From positions 1 through 60,797 of the IMG/VR virus record IMGVR_UViG_3300037357_000143: a stretch of 60,797 nt of DNA, one strand, 5' to 3'. This document shows positions 1 through 10,225 of this stretch, one piece after another. The notes beneath the pieces are model-generated. The model saw only the letters and a program-made list of their open reading frames with translations. It was not told the origin of the DNA and did no database searches. This DNA comes from a virus (Duplodnaviria; Caudoviricetes). The first letter of the stretch is position 1, and each line of letters opens with the position of its first letter. The position numbers and the translations under genes were made by a program.

Positions 1-78
1 GTGGAATTTGAAGATGCTGAAAAAGTAGCGGGTAGGTTACTTTAATTTTTATTTTTTTTTAAAAAGTTGGTGATTTAA

Positions 79-444
79 ATGCAAGAACAAAATGAAAAAA
101 GAATTGTAATAACCACAGGAGAAAATAAAGACAAAATTTTAGTTAGTTTTAAAACAGAGAATTTATCAAATGCTACAAAAATAAAAGAAATATTAAATAA
201 AATGAATTTAAATCTTTCTAATTTTGAAATAAAAGGTAAATATTATGTATCTAGTGTAACTAAATTATGTGATTATAAAAACAAAAAAGAATATAATATA
301 ATTGCAAAAAAAATTATGAAAATATTTGGAGAATTGAATTTTAATATAGAAATACAAAAAAGTAAAACTCAAGCTTTACGAGCAAAAAACCCAGATAAAA
401 TATATAATGAGCGTTTACCTTCTGATTACGCTTGGATGGATTGA
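79..444 (+). CDS. hypothetical protein (basic)
   Basis: ORF with GGTGA RBS upstream. Confidence 0.7.
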   Translation: MQEQNEKRIVITTGENKDKILVSFKTENLSNATKIKEILNKMNLNLSNFEIKGKYYVSSVTKLCDYKNKKEYNIIAKKIMKIFGELNFNIEIQKSKTQALRAKNPDKIYNERLPSDYAWMD

Positions 445-665
445 TAAACATGTCTATAAGGGTATTTAAAGAAAATAAATATAGTACAGATGTAGAAACT
501 ATAACTCCAATAATGAATATTGAAGAAATAGAAGAATTACTTAACTCTAAAGATACATTAGGAGTTAATTCTGGAAGCGATTGGAGTGATACACAAATAG
601 AATTTTATCATATAGTAAGCAAAAAAATCGATCAATTATTGGAGTTATTAGATTATGAAACATAA
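432..665 (+). CDS. small acidic hypothetical protein
   Basis: ORF; true start probably ATG at 450. Confidence 0.6.
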   Translation: MDGLINMSIRVFKENKYSTDVETITPIMNIEEIEELLNSKDTLGVNSGSDWSDTQIEFYHIVSKKIDQLLELLDYET

Positions 666-825
666 ATTAAACAAAAATTATATATCAAATAAGGATAAAA
701 AAACTTTTAAGATGTTTATTAAAATTAAATATATAATTTATAGCTTGAGTATTATCTTAAACTATATCATATTTGGGAATAGTATCAATGAAAATAATAA
801 AAGAAAATGGAAATTTTAAGGTAGG

Positions 826-871
826 TTTATATATATTAAATTATATAATTATATATAAGGAGTTATAAAAA
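826..871 (+). promoter_or_regulatory. archaeal TATA promoter + RBS cassette (copy 1)
   Basis: TTTATATA box and AGGAG RBS; 41/46 identical to 6165-6210. Confidence 0.65.
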
Positions 872-1438
872 ATGAAAGAAGAAAAAAAAGTTATTCGAGA
901 AATAAAAAAGGTATATGGAATTGTAGAAGAACAAGAAGCCCAAATTATGAAAATAAAATTATATGAGGACAATACATATAATATAGAGGGTGAAATAATT
1001 GATACTCCAATAACAGAGGATGAAGCCGAAATGGAAATGGAAGATAGCTTAGATGATGACGATGAACTATGGAAAATAGCAGTAAAAAGTGGAAATACAT
1101 TATCAGGATTTGAAGATTGGAAGGAAGAAGTAAGGAATGAGTACGATCCAATATCCTATTTAGACCTACAAGACTATAACACAACCTATCAAGATGAAGA
1201 TATATATTGGAGGTGGTCTTGTATAGGTTGTGTAGGAGAATGTATTGATCCTATAATTAAAAAATTAAACAAACTTCAAAAAACCGTTACAATCAAAGGG
1301 GAAAAATATAATAGACAACCGAAATATCCTAAAATATATAAAAATATGGTTGCTATTCAATTAATTAATAAATTAGGTGAATCCGAAGATGTTACTGAAA
1401 GATTAAACGAAATATGCAAAGAAATAAAGGAATGGTAA
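872..1438 (+). CDS. acidic hypothetical protein
   Basis: 188 aa ORF directly after the promoter/RBS cassette. Confidence 0.8.
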   Translation: MKEEKKVIREIKKVYGIVEEQEAQIMKIKLYEDNTYNIEGEIIDTPITEDEAEMEMEDSLDDDDELWKIAVKSGNTLSGFEDWKEEVRNEYDPISYLDLQDYNTTYQDEDIYWRWSCIGCVGECIDPIIKKLNKLQKTVTIKGEKYNRQPKYPKIYKNMVAIQLINKLGESEDVTERLNEICKEIKEW

Positions 1439-1439
1439 T

Positions 1440-2249
1440 ATGCAAATGGAAAAAACCGAAATTAAAAAATTAATAGATAATGCAAAAAATGTATATATCG
1501 AAGAGCAAAAATATCGTATTGGTAGAGAGCGAGAAAGTTATTATAATACCAACGATACATTATATGATAGACTACAAGACGATCCCGATTGTATTGAAAT
1601 GGAGAAATACGAATTTCCAACGAAAGACATAGAAAACTTTAAAAAAGGAATAGGTGAAGGTATAAATCCTAATATAACAGCTGGACGGATTCAAGACTTA
1701 TTATGTCTATATAGCAACACTTATGATGAAGATTGGAAATTAACAGTTGAAGATTTAGAAACTGAATTTGAAGACCTAGAAGAAAAAACCCAGAAACTAA
1801 TTATTAAAACACTTGAAAAAATTACAAGAGAGGATTTAGAAGACGCTAATTTTTACATGATAAACGACGGTGCAGAATTATTTAATGTGGATGAAGATTG
1901 GATATATGAATGGGATAATGAAGAAGGATTCGATTCACTTGCCTATTGGACGGCATTTTTTAAACCTCATTATGACAACCTAGATATAGCTTTAAAGTGT
2001 CGTCTAGTCCCATTTTATTATGATGACGAACTTTATCTAGCTTTAGGTGGTTCTGGGATGGATTTATCACCTAAATTAGATGCCTATATAGTCTTATGCA
2101 GTGGTAGTCTTCCAAGTGATTCAATTCTAACAAAGGATATAAACAATGAATACTTTAAATATGTCGTAGGTGATGAGGTCTTTAAAGAGGTAATGGAAAA
2201 AATCACATTAGATAAACCTCATTATATAGTGAGTTTCGACGGTGTTTAA
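1440..2249 (+). CDS. acidic hypothetical protein
   Basis: 269 aa, D/E-rich, LALGGSGMDLSP motif. Confidence 0.8.
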   Translation: MQMEKTEIKKLIDNAKNVYIEEQKYRIGRERESYYNTNDTLYDRLQDDPDCIEMEKYEFPTKDIENFKKGIGEGINPNITAGRIQDLLCLYSNTYDEDWKLTVEDLETEFEDLEEKTQKLIIKTLEKITREDLEDANFYMINDGAELFNVDEDWIYEWDNEEGFDSLAYWTAFFKPHYDNLDIALKCRLVPFYYDDELYLALGGSGMDLSPKLDAYIVLCSGSLPSDSILTKDINNEYFKYVVGDEVFKEVMEKITLDKPHYIVSFDGV

Positions 2250-2495
2250 AATGAGTGTATTAAATATTAAAACAACACATAGAAATGAATTATTAAATAG
2301 AGTAGTTAATGATTTAGCTAACAGTAATTTAAATGAAGAAGAAGTAAGCCAAGAAATAGAAAACTTTTTAGAAGTGTTAGGTGATGATATATACAATTTC
2401 TTTTTAGAGATAAGAAAGTAAATAGTTTTATATATAACAAGCTATAAAAATATAAATGTAGTCAAGTAACTACGAAATATAAATGAGGTATAAAA

Positions 2496-2936
2496 ATGAA
2501 TATAGAAGACATAAACAAAGAATGTAAAAAATTAAGTGAAAAACAAAGCTATATTAAAAAAACATTAGAAGATTTTTTTAAAAATGTAAATAAAGAATTA
2601 GATACAAACAATGCAGATATAAGTCTGCATATTGGTTTATCAGCATGGGAACAAAGCCCTAACTATCCCTACGATTTTGATGGCGAATTTGATAATCAAT
2701 ACTACTTAACTCTTGAAGATGGAGAATTTAAACTGCAATTAGACGACACCGAATATTATAACCAAACCGGCACGATAGATTATGAAGATGTTTTATTCGG
2801 TGATATAACAGCACCGAAAGCACGAAATATATTAATAGCATTACCGGACGCTTTTAAAACAATATTACAGAAATTACAAAACTTAAACGCAAATTATGAA
2901 AACGCTGAAAAAATTGCAGAAAAAATAGGGGATTAA
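2496..2936 (+). CDS. acidic hypothetical protein
   Basis: GAGGT RBS; TATA box near 2426. Confidence 0.8.
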   Translation: MNIEDINKECKKLSEKQSYIKKTLEDFFKNVNKELDTNNADISLHIGLSAWEQSPNYPYDFDGEFDNQYYLTLEDGEFKLQLDDTEYYNQTGTIDYEDVLFGDITAPKARNILIALPDAFKTILQKLQNLNANYENAEKIAEKIGD

Positions 2937-2965
2937 CCCTATTTTATTTTTAGAGGTGATTAAAA

Positions 2966-3613
2966 ATGCAAGTTGAAATATTAAATTCCATACATCCCGG
3001 ATTTTATGAAAGTTGGATAAATCCTATGAATAATGGGTTAGAAGAAATGGCAATAGAAGATGCAATAGATGAAGATGAAGGATATATCAAACACAAAAAA
3101 GGCGATCACTACAATGTAGAATATGACTTCAAAGAATATACAAAAGAAGTGAGCAGTAGAATAAACGATCTCTTTTTAAATAAAATCAATGAGATAGTCG
3201 CAAATATTCAATTTGAACCGAAAATTAAAAAACTATTTACAAAAGTTTCGGAAGAACTAGATAGCCCTAGAGAGTACAATTTTAGCACCGATAGAGCGTT
3301 TATAAAAGTAGAAGTCAGTAAAAATAACCTTATAAAGGTTATTCAATGGATATATGAGAATTACTATGATGAATTAAAAATAGCTATCAAAGAAGATTTT
3401 ACTAATTACGATGGTTTTTTATCCTTTTATCCTAATGATATTGATATATGGATGAATAAAGATATAATAAAATTAGATCATAACGAGTTATCTACTATAT
3501 TCGATATATTAATCGACGATGGAGAAGATTTAACAAATGACATGATCGAAATATCAAACGAAGTCTTTTATGAAATGGATTTAAAGGTAGTGAAAGAATG
3601 TGGAACTTTATAG
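2966..3613 (+). CDS. acidic hypothetical protein
   Basis: GAGGTGA RBS; GFYES and SPREYNFSTDR motifs resemble a viral hypothetical family. Confidence 0.8.
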   Translation: MQVEILNSIHPGFYESWINPMNNGLEEMAIEDAIDEDEGYIKHKKGDHYNVEYDFKEYTKEVSSRINDLFLNKINEIVANIQFEPKIKKLFTKVSEELDSPREYNFSTDRAFIKVEVSKNNLIKVIQWIYENYYDELKIAIKEDFTNYDGFLSFYPNDIDIWMNKDIIKLDHNELSTIFDILIDDGEDLTNDMIEISNEVFYEMDLKVVKECGTL

Positions 3614-3789
3614 CAGAATTTGAAAATAAAATTTTTGTGTTTTGTGAAAGTATGGAAGACGCTATTAAGGATCAAAAGAAATTAATTAAAGGTGGTATCT
3701 TTAGCAATATGAGTACAGAATATACGGAATTATGGACGCTAGAGATACCATATAATAACAAAGAAAAAGTATTAGAGGTGTTAAAATGA
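3598..3789 (+). CDS. hypothetical protein
   Basis: overlapping operon ORF. Confidence 0.6.
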   Translation: MWNFIAEFENKIFVFCESMEDAIKDQKKLIKGGIFSNMSTEYTELWTLEIPYNNKEKVLEVLK

Positions 3790-4007
3790 AATATGATAGA
3801 CTAACTATATCAATAGAACCAATGGTTAATAAACAACTCCGTTTTATTGATCTTGTAGAGAATGGAGTAACTTCAAGAACTTTAGGTAAAACTATTGAAA
3901 AAGCATTAAGTGAATATATCGAGAATCATAAAGAAAACGCAATAGAAATATTCACAAAACAATGGGGATTTAAACTTCCAGAAATATATAAGGAGGTGAT
4001 AAAATGA
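3786..4007 (+). CDS. putative ribbon-helix-helix DNA-binding protein
   Basis: N-terminal RLTISI beta strand, then two helices (TLGKTIEKALSEYI). Confidence 0.55.
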   Translation: MKYDRLTISIEPMVNKQLRFIDLVENGVTSRTLGKTIEKALSEYIENHKENAIEIFTKQWGFKLPEIYKEVIK

Positions 4008-4092
4008 AAGATCAAATAATAGAAATAAATATAACCGAGATAGCAAAAGAAATCGTTAAAGATTTGAAGAATTAATAGAACTAGGTGATTAA

Positions 4093-4365
4093 ATGTTAAT
4101 AAAAAATAAAGGTATGATACTAACCGATACTAAAGAAGATTTTATTAAAACTTTCGGATTAGAAGATGAATTATATAATCATTTTAATACAACAATCGGA
4201 CACATGAATGAAGATATAGGAAATGACTATTCATTTGAAGAATTGATCGTTTATTTCCTTGAACTCTTAGATCAATACTATGTAGTACAATACGACGAAA
4301 GTTACAACGCATTCATGATAATCGAACTAAGCATTAAAAATATTGGTGGGAATATATGTTATTAA
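4093..4365 (+). CDS. acidic hypothetical protein
   Basis: GGTGA RBS. Confidence 0.7.
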   Translation: MLIKNKGMILTDTKEDFIKTFGLEDELYNHFNTTIGHMNEDIGNDYSFEELIVYFLELLDQYYVVQYDESYNAFMIIELSIKNIGGNICY

Positions 4366-4511
4366 TGGATTTTTTATTTAAAATCTTTAAATTATACCCT
4401 AATACTAGAAATAGTATTTATGTAAAAATCAATGAAAACAAAACAGCAGTTACTGGTGTTGAAATAGACGAAAAAGGAGATATTATTATCGAATCTTTTG
4501 AGGTGGATTAA

Positions 4512-4844
4512 ATGTTTTACAATGCAAAGAGGTTATTAAACCATTATATTCAATTATGTATGAAAGAGCAAGGTTTAACAGTTAATGATGATACAACAGC
4601 AGAAATTGATTATATATTTGAAAGTATGGAAGATGATCTAAGAGATATGATGAAGGAAGAAATTGAAAAGATATTAAAAAGTGGAGTAATAGTAGATCAA
4701 GTAAATGAAGACTACCCTCTGAGTTATATAGAAGAACAAGCCGATAAAGTGGACGATCTGGAAAATCAAATTGAAGATTTAAAACATGATACTGAAAAAA
4801 TAAAAGACGACATATACGATTTAGAAAACCCAAAAGGTGATTAA
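4512..4844 (+). CDS. acidic coiled-coil hypothetical protein
   Basis: GAGGTGG RBS. Confidence 0.7.
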   Translation: MFYNAKRLLNHYIQLCMKEQGLTVNDDTTAEIDYIFESMEDDLRDMMKEEIEKILKSGVIVDQVNEDYPLSYIEEQADKVDDLENQIEDLKHDTEKIKDDIYDLENPKGD

Positions 4845-5141
4845 ATGAAGAAAAGTGTAAGTAATTTATTATATGTAAAAAAAGAAGAGAAAGCAACATG
4901 GGAAGATGTAATAGATGAAATGTGTATCGGTGATATATACGCCGAAAGGGTCGATAAAATTGAAATAGAATTAAGAACGAAAGACTGGCTAGAATTAATC
5001 GAAGGTGAATCAGATGAAAATAAAGCAGAAATTCTATTAGCTATTGAAAACGGAGATTATAAAGCAGAATATTATCAAGGTGATAATCCTAGTAAAGATA
5101 TGGTACTTCTTACAGTATGTGGATATGATTTTAAATTATGA
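4845..5141 (+). CDS. acidic hypothetical protein, likely paralog of 8407-8592
   Basis: GGTGA RBS; ILLxIExGxY...GYxFxL shared. Confidence 0.7.
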   Translation: MKKSVSNLLYVKKEEKATWEDVIDEMCIGDIYAERVDKIEIELRTKDWLELIEGESDENKAEILLAIENGDYKAEYYQGDNPSKDMVLLTVCGYDFKL

Positions 5142-5150
5142 GGTGATAAA

Positions 5151-5384
5151 ATGATTGAAAGAAAATTTGCCCCCTATATAGGTTTAGATTTAGACAAATT
5201 ACCGTTAAAAAAAGTAATAGGATTAGTCAAATTAAAAGAACAACTGATTAAAGAATTAGACTATGATATTAAAGATTTCAATAGATATATATTTAAACGA
5301 AAATTAGATAATATGAAACCACAATTAAATCCAAAAGAAGAAATTAATAGAATGTTATATGAACAATTAAGAGATGATTTTTGA
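5151..5384 (+). CDS. hypothetical protein
   Basis: GAGGTGA RBS. Confidence 0.7.
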   Translation: MIERKFAPYIGLDLDKLPLKKVIGLVKLKEQLIKELDYDIKDFNRYIFKRKLDNMKPQLNPKEEINRMLYEQLRDDF

Positions 5385-5393
5385 GGTGGTTAA

Positions 5394-5630
5394 ATGCAAC
5401 TAGTAATATCAAAAGACGAACTTAGAGATTTAGTTGATAATGATTATGCAGATGGATTAATAAGTGAAACAGATAAAAAAGAAGTTTTAAATGATATTAA
5501 ACATGGAAATATTAAAACTATGTGGATTGAAGATGAAAATGTCTTAATTGATTTCACATATTCAACTGTAACTCTAGTATATTATATAGGAAATGTAAGA
5601 TACGAAGCAGATTTAAGTATTGGTGATTAA
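5394..5630 (+). CDS. acidic hypothetical protein
   Basis: GAGGTGG RBS. Confidence 0.7.
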   Translation: MQLVISKDELRDLVDNDYADGLISETDKKEVLNDIKHGNIKTMWIEDENVLIDFTYSTVTLVYYIGNVRYEADLSIGD

Positions 5631-5876
5631 ATGATATCATTAAAAAATGCAATTTCGATGAAAGAATATTTAAAAAGTATTGGATTTAAACCCGATCAAA
5701 TTGATCCTATGAACATGGTAGTACACTCTTTAAAACATTTTGATAATATTAAATCAAATCTTTTTACTGGTTACTACTATGAACAGTTAGAATTTACAAT
5801 AGGATATCATAATTTTGTAATTGATATTACTATTGATGAAGATTTAATAGTAGATGAAGGATATAGAGAGGTATAA
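5631..5876 (+). CDS. hypothetical protein
   Basis: GGTGA RBS; abuts upstream stop. Confidence 0.7.
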   Translation: MISLKNAISMKEYLKSIGFKPDQIDPMNMVVHSLKHFDNIKSNLFTGYYYEQLEFTIGYHNFVIDITIDEDLIVDEGYREV

Positions 5877-5884
5877 GTGATAAA

Positions 5885-6070
5885 ATGAAACAAATAAAAA
5901 TATTTGGAGGTATAAGAGCAGAAAAAGAAATTAATACATTTTTGAAAACAAACCAAAATAAATATGATTTAATAGATATAAAAGTCTATTCATTAAATGA
6001 TTTTTATGAAGATGGCAGAATTTGTAATCAATGGATAGAATATGTTGTAATATATGAGGCGATAAAATGA
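5885..6070 (+). CDS. small hypothetical protein
   Basis: operon ORF with RBS. Confidence 0.6.
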   Translation: MKQIKIFGGIRAEKEINTFLKTNQNKYDLIDIKVYSLNDFYEDGRICNQWIEYVVIYEAIK

Positions 6071-6164
6071 ATAAATATGACATTATCAATATCATTATGC
6101 TGATAGGTATGAGTTATGTAGTAGGTTTTTTTAGTGCCTGTATAATATTTGGTATAATAAAACC

Positions 6165-6210
6165 TTTATATATATGAACTTATATAACTATACATAAGGA
6201 GGTATAAAAA
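6165..6210 (+). promoter_or_regulatory. archaeal TATA promoter + RBS cassette (copy 2)
   Basis: AAAACCTTTATATA BRE-TATA and GGAGGT RBS; 41/46 identical to 826-871. Confidence 0.65.
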
Positions 6211-6575
6211 TATTATCAACAATAATAGGATGGGATATATGCTTTCAATCAGACAAGAAATTTCATGAATTTCTAATTGAGAGCGTGAAAATAGAAGAGA
6301 TGGCGAGTAAACCAGATAAAATTCACGACATATACGAACAATGCCCTATAAGAAAAAAAACCTATTATCTAATAGATGACGGTGGAAAATTAAGGGTACA
6401 TCTATATAAAGTACAGCACGAACTTTTTGGAAAAGAAAATTGGCTACCATTCCTAGCTCGATATGTTGAAGGTGAATTTAAGGTTGAAGGTGATCAAAGC
6501 TATGACAAGTGGGGTGCTAGGTTCAATGGAAAAGGGGGATATAAGGATTTACAAGTTATAGAGGAGTGGAAATGA
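6210..6575 (+). CDS. hypothetical protein (probable ATA start; ORF track uses GTG 6285)
   Basis: frame is open back to ATA at 6210, 6 nt after GGAGGT. Confidence 0.6.
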   Translation: MLSTIIGWDICFQSDKKFHEFLIESVKIEEMASKPDKIHDIYEQCPIRKKTYYLIDDGGKLRVHLYKVQHELFGKENWLPFLARYVEGEFKVEGDQSYDKWGARFNGKGGYKDLQVIEEWK

Positions 6576-6805
6576 ACCTTAGAGAAAAAGCAATTGAAAT
6601 ACGAATTGAAAAAGATTGCATCTGTTTTGTTTTATCGGATGAAGATTATGAGGAGTGGTGGGTAAAAGAGGCAGATGACTGTGAAATCGAAGTTTGCGAC
6701 GATTACGATAGATGTTTCTATACAAATATCAGCGACGCTATCGAAAATTACTTAGATGAAATAGGAATAGTTGTTGGAAGTAAAAGTATGTATGAGGTGA
6801 TTTAA
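6566..6805 (+). CDS. acidic hypothetical protein
   Basis: overlapping operon ORF. Confidence 0.65.
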   Translation: MEMNLREKAIEIRIEKDCICFVLSDEDYEEWWVKEADDCEIEVCDDYDRCFYTNISDAIENYLDEIGIVVGSKSMYEVI

Positions 6806-7252
6806 ATGGGTTATACACATTATTGGTATAGGAAGAAAATAATAGATGAAGATATATTTAAAAATATTGTAGATGACTTTAAAAAACTATTAAATAAAAC
6901 AAATATTCCAACACTTTTAGCTGATTGGAATGGCGACGGTGAACCAGATATTGATTACACCGAAGTTAGATTTAACGGTAAACAACCAGAGGATGACCAC
7001 GAAACATTCGTATTCGAACAAAATATGGATATAGAAAATAAAATATCTAAGGAAGGTAAATATTTTGTATTCTGCAAAACAGCACGAAAACCTTACGACA
7101 TAGCAGTAACGACTTTCTTACTTATAGCAAAATATTATTTAGGAGATGATATAAAAGTCAGTAGTGATGGAATCAAAGAAGACTGGAACGAGGCTGATGT
7201 TTTAGTACGACACATCTTAAAATATGACGTATTAGAGGAGATAGATTTATAA
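6806..7252 (+). CDS. conserved hypothetical protein (GYTHYW...FCKTARKPYD family)
   Basis: motif pair I recall from mobile-element and viral hypothetical proteins; GAGGTGA RBS. Confidence 0.75.
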   Translation: MGYTHYWYRKKIIDEDIFKNIVDDFKKLLNKTNIPTLLADWNGDGEPDIDYTEVRFNGKQPEDDHETFVFEQNMDIENKISKEGKYFVFCKTARKPYDIAVTTFLLIAKYYLGDDIKVSSDGIKEDWNEADVLVRHILKYDVLEEIDL

Positions 7253-7267
7253 TAGGGAGGTGAAAAA

Positions 7268-7591
7268 ATGGTTCAAGTAATTAAAATAGAACAAGATGGA
7301 TTCTGTTATGGATGTAAATATCGTGGAAAAGTTGAAGGTTCTGCTCACAGCAACTGCAACAACCCACAAGTAAAGAAGTTAATAGCTAGGAGTAGTGAGC
7401 TAAAACAATTCCTAGTAGATTTATTAGCTAGAAATCAAATCGACAATCAATATCTATACCCTATGGAAATTACAGTTACAAAAGAAACAATGGATACATA
7501 TAACCCAATAGCAAATGGTTGGTTTAATTTCCCATTTAATTTTGATCCCGGATGGATTGACCATTGTAACGGTTTTGAGAAAGATGAGTAA
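7268..7591 (+). CDS. Cys-rich hypothetical protein
   Basis: CxxC...HSxC, GWFxFPFNFDP motif; GGAGGTGA RBS. Confidence 0.7.
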   Translation: MVQVIKIEQDGFCYGCKYRGKVEGSAHSNCNNPQVKKLIARSSELKQFLVDLLARNQIDNQYLYPMEITVTKETMDTYNPIANGWFNFPFNFDPGWIDHCNGFEKDE

Positions 7592-7847
7592 CCCAAAATT
7601 AAGACAAAAATGCGAAGCCCAACGCAAAGAATCAGAGAAATATTACAAAAATCTTCTCGAAATTGACGATGCTTGTATGGTCATTCTCGAAAATTCCGAA
7701 TCTATCAGAGATACTGGCTTCTCCTCTTACTCGCCTAATGGCTCAATGATAATAGAAGGAGCAAAAGAAAGTGTAAAAAGTTTCTATTTCCTGCACAAAT
7801 TCTTAGATATGTGGGAGAAAAATCAAATAAAGGTGGAGATATTATGA
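7584..7847 (+). CDS. hypothetical protein
   Basis: ATG overlaps the end of the upstream ORF. Confidence 0.6.
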   Translation: MSNPKLRQKCEAQRKESEKYYKNLLEIDDACMVILENSESIRDTGFSSYSPNGSMIIEGAKESVKSFYFLHKFLDMWEKNQIKVEIL

Positions 7848-8104
7848 AAAAATATTTTATATTAGATGCAGATACCAACGACGATATGTTAATCACAATG
7901 GAACACCCTGATCCAAAATTAATAAATAATGTAGTAGAAGATTTGATTGAACCAACCCTACCTAATAATTGTGGTATATATGAAGTAGAAAGTGAATGGA
8001 AAGCCATACAACAAATACTAGGTAAAAAAGCAGTGAATACAGCAATTGAAGAAGGAGCAACTACGGAATGTATAGAACAATTAGAAAGAGCGTATGAATT
8101 ATGA
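7844..8104 (+). CDS. acidic hypothetical protein
   Basis: GGTGGAG RBS; ATGA overlap. Confidence 0.65.
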   Translation: MKKYFILDADTNDDMLITMEHPDPKLINNVVEDLIEPTLPNNCGIYEVESEWKAIQQILGKKAVNTAIEEGATTECIEQLERAYEL

Positions 8105-8127
8105 GAAATCATGAAGAGGTAATATTT

Positions 8128-8319
8128 ATGGAAAAAATAAAAGTAAATAAAATAAAATGTAGATTGTGTGGTGATGTGATTGAATCCACCCACAACCATG
8201 ATTTTAAGCGTTGCAAATGTGGTGCTGTCGCAGTTGATGGTGGACATGATTATTTGCGAAGATTAGGAAATCCCAAAGACTGTGAAGAATTAAGTGAGGT
8301 AGAAGAAGATGAAGAATAG
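8128..8319 (+). CDS. small zinc-finger protein (CxxC...CxCG..VDGG family)
   Basis: NKIKCRLCGDVIES...CKCGAVAVDGGHDYLRR. Confidence 0.75.
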   Translation: MEKIKVNKIKCRLCGDVIESTHNHDFKRCKCGAVAVDGGHDYLRRLGNPKDCEELSEVEEDEE

Positions 8320-8406
8320 GTTTACATTAGCGTTATTACATATCGATGGGATAGTTAGAAACAAAAAAGATTTAGATCAAAAAATAAGTTATGGAGAAAA
8401 ATTTGC

Positions 8407-8592
8407 ATGATCTTAATTCAAGATTTGGGATGGCTCGAAGGAAAACTGCTCGATTTGAAAGAGTTTAGTGTAGAGGAAATAGATGATATTCTACTCGAAA
8501 TTGAAGACGGTGAATATACTGTAACCGAGCTATCACCAAACCAACTCGAAATGAAAACAAACTCAGGATATGAATTCGAACTGGTGATTTAA
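8407..8592 (+). CDS. small acidic protein, likely paralog of 4845-5141
   Basis: shared ILLxIExGxY...GYxFxL. Confidence 0.65.
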   Translation: MILIQDLGWLEGKLLDLKEFSVEEIDDILLEIEDGEYTVTELSPNQLEMKTNSGYEFELVI

Positions 8593-8901
8593 ATGAATGA
8601 AAAGGTTAAAAAATATAATGCATTAAAAGAAATAGTGGATAGTGAATATAAGAGTATAAAAAATATAGTTTTTGAAGTAATGAATAAAATAATAAACGAC
8701 GAAAATCAAATTTATATGGTTAGTAATATTAAATTATCTAATGGGAATCTAGAATTTCGGATAAGCGAAAATGCTGGAGTTGATTTATATATTACATCCA
8801 AGCAGTTAAACAAATTAAAAGAAAAATTCGGTTATGATGATTGCAAAGTATATCATTTCACTGGATCACTAGGGTTAGAATTTTTTGATGAGGGTGGCTA
8901 A
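8593..8901 (+). CDS. hypothetical protein
   Basis: GGTGA RBS. Confidence 0.7.
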   Translation: MNEKVKKYNALKEIVDSEYKSIKNIVFEVMNKIINDENQIYMVSNIKLSNGNLEFRISENAGVDLYITSKQLNKLKEKFGYDDCKVYHFTGSLGLEFFDEGG

Positions 8902-9181
8902 GTTTAAAGAAAAATCATTTTCTTGTATATGTAATAATTGTGGAAAAATTATTAGGTGTAAAAAAACAAATATAGAGCATCACTATTGCGAAAAATGTTG
9001 GTGCATCTCAAAAAATCAAATGCATTATCGGACTCCAGAAAAGAGAAGGGAAAGAAGAAAGAAAACATTTTGTGAATTAACAGGAATGAGTAGAGAAAAA
9101 TATTTAGAATTAAAAGAATTCATGGGAATAGGAGGGGAGAATTATAGCAAATCCATACGAAAAAGCAAAAAAACTCAGTGA
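8885..9181 (+). CDS. basic zinc-finger protein
   Basis: CxxC...CxxC, K/R-rich. Confidence 0.6.
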   Translation: MMRVAKFKEKSFSCICNNCGKIIRCKKTNIEHHYCEKCWCISKNQMHYRTPEKRRERRKKTFCELTGMSREKYLELKEFMGIGGENYSKSIRKSKKTQ

Positions 9182-9665
9182 AGCTGAAAAGAAAAAAATG
9201 AAAGAAGACGCTACTTACCGATTAAAAAAAGCCGATAGTTACAGTAAAAGTGCATTTAAAAGGTGGGAAGACCCAGAGTATAGGAAAAAACAAATAGAAG
9301 AGCGTCAAGAAAGAGGCAAAGACCCAGAATATAGGGAAAAAATGAGTAAGTCGTGCCAAAAAAATGCCAAAAACAGTAAATGGCGTAAAAAAATATCAAT
9401 GAGCAAAAAGAGATATTTTGATGAACACCCCGATAAGCTAGAAAAACATCGACAAATGATTAAAAATACACAAACGCAACGGAAACAGAAAATGCAAGAA
9501 AACTGGAAAAATCCGGCATTCATATATAAAATGATGGAAGCACGTGTCGGTCATGACCGAGCATTAGAATTAATAGAAGAGAAATTAGGTCGAAGAGAAA
9601 TGAAAAAATTTTATAAAACCTTAAACCACAGAGGAAAAAGAAGAAATAGTGATATTTGGTCATAG
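9141..9665 (+). CDS. basic protein with NUMOD3-like repeats (probable ATT/ATA start; ORF track uses 9198)
   Basis: repeated W/K-x-DPEYRxK units; GGAGG RBS at 9131. Confidence 0.6.
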   Translation: MIANPYEKAKKLSEAEKKKMKEDATYRLKKADSYSKSAFKRWEDPEYRKKQIEERQERGKDPEYREKMSKSCQKNAKNSKWRKKISMSKKRYFDEHPDKLEKHRQMIKNTQTQRKQKMQENWKNPAFIYKMMEARVGHDRALELIEEKLGRREMKKFYKTLNHRGKRRNSDIWS

Positions 9666-9852
9666 ATTAGTCAAATTTGCCTATAAAGAAATTTTGAATG
9701 GTACGTATAAAGATGTTATGTAAAATTTGTGGGGATGTTTGTTTGCCTCGTAGCTACCATTACGCTGATGTGCTGATGTGTTTAGATTGCTATTTATGGT
9801 ACTCGAACGGACACATGGACGACCCGCTGAGTGATTTAATAGGAGAGATAAG

Positions 9853-10221
9853 ATGACTTTTGATGTAAAAAATAAAATGGATGATTTAACCGAAAGGGAT
9901 GATATTCAATATTTAATTGCCATTGACGGTAAGGATACCCTCGAAAAGGTTATTAAAGAATTAAAGAATGTCAATTGTGAACTAGATGATGGAGAGTTAA
10001 TCATTCATATAGGCAAAGCCCTTGTAATATTAGAACATGTAAGCATGTGGGGATACTCAACAGCGGGCGGTTCAGATTGGAGAAAACCCCGTTTTAATAA
10101 AGCTATTGAATATATTGAAGTGGTATATGACGATATTTCTCAATTATGTAACTGTATAAAATTGAAAAATTGTATTAAAATGCTTAAAGTAATTGAAGAA
10201 TATGATCAAGATTGGAAGTGA
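9853..10221 (+). CDS. hypothetical protein
   Basis: AGGAG RBS. Confidence 0.7.
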   Translation: MTFDVKNKMDDLTERDDIQYLIAIDGKDTLEKVIKELKNVNCELDDGELIIHIGKALVILEHVSMWGYSTAGGSDWRKPRFNKAIEYIEVVYDDISQLCNCIKLKNCIKMLKVIEEYDQDWK

Positions 10222-10225
10222 TAAA

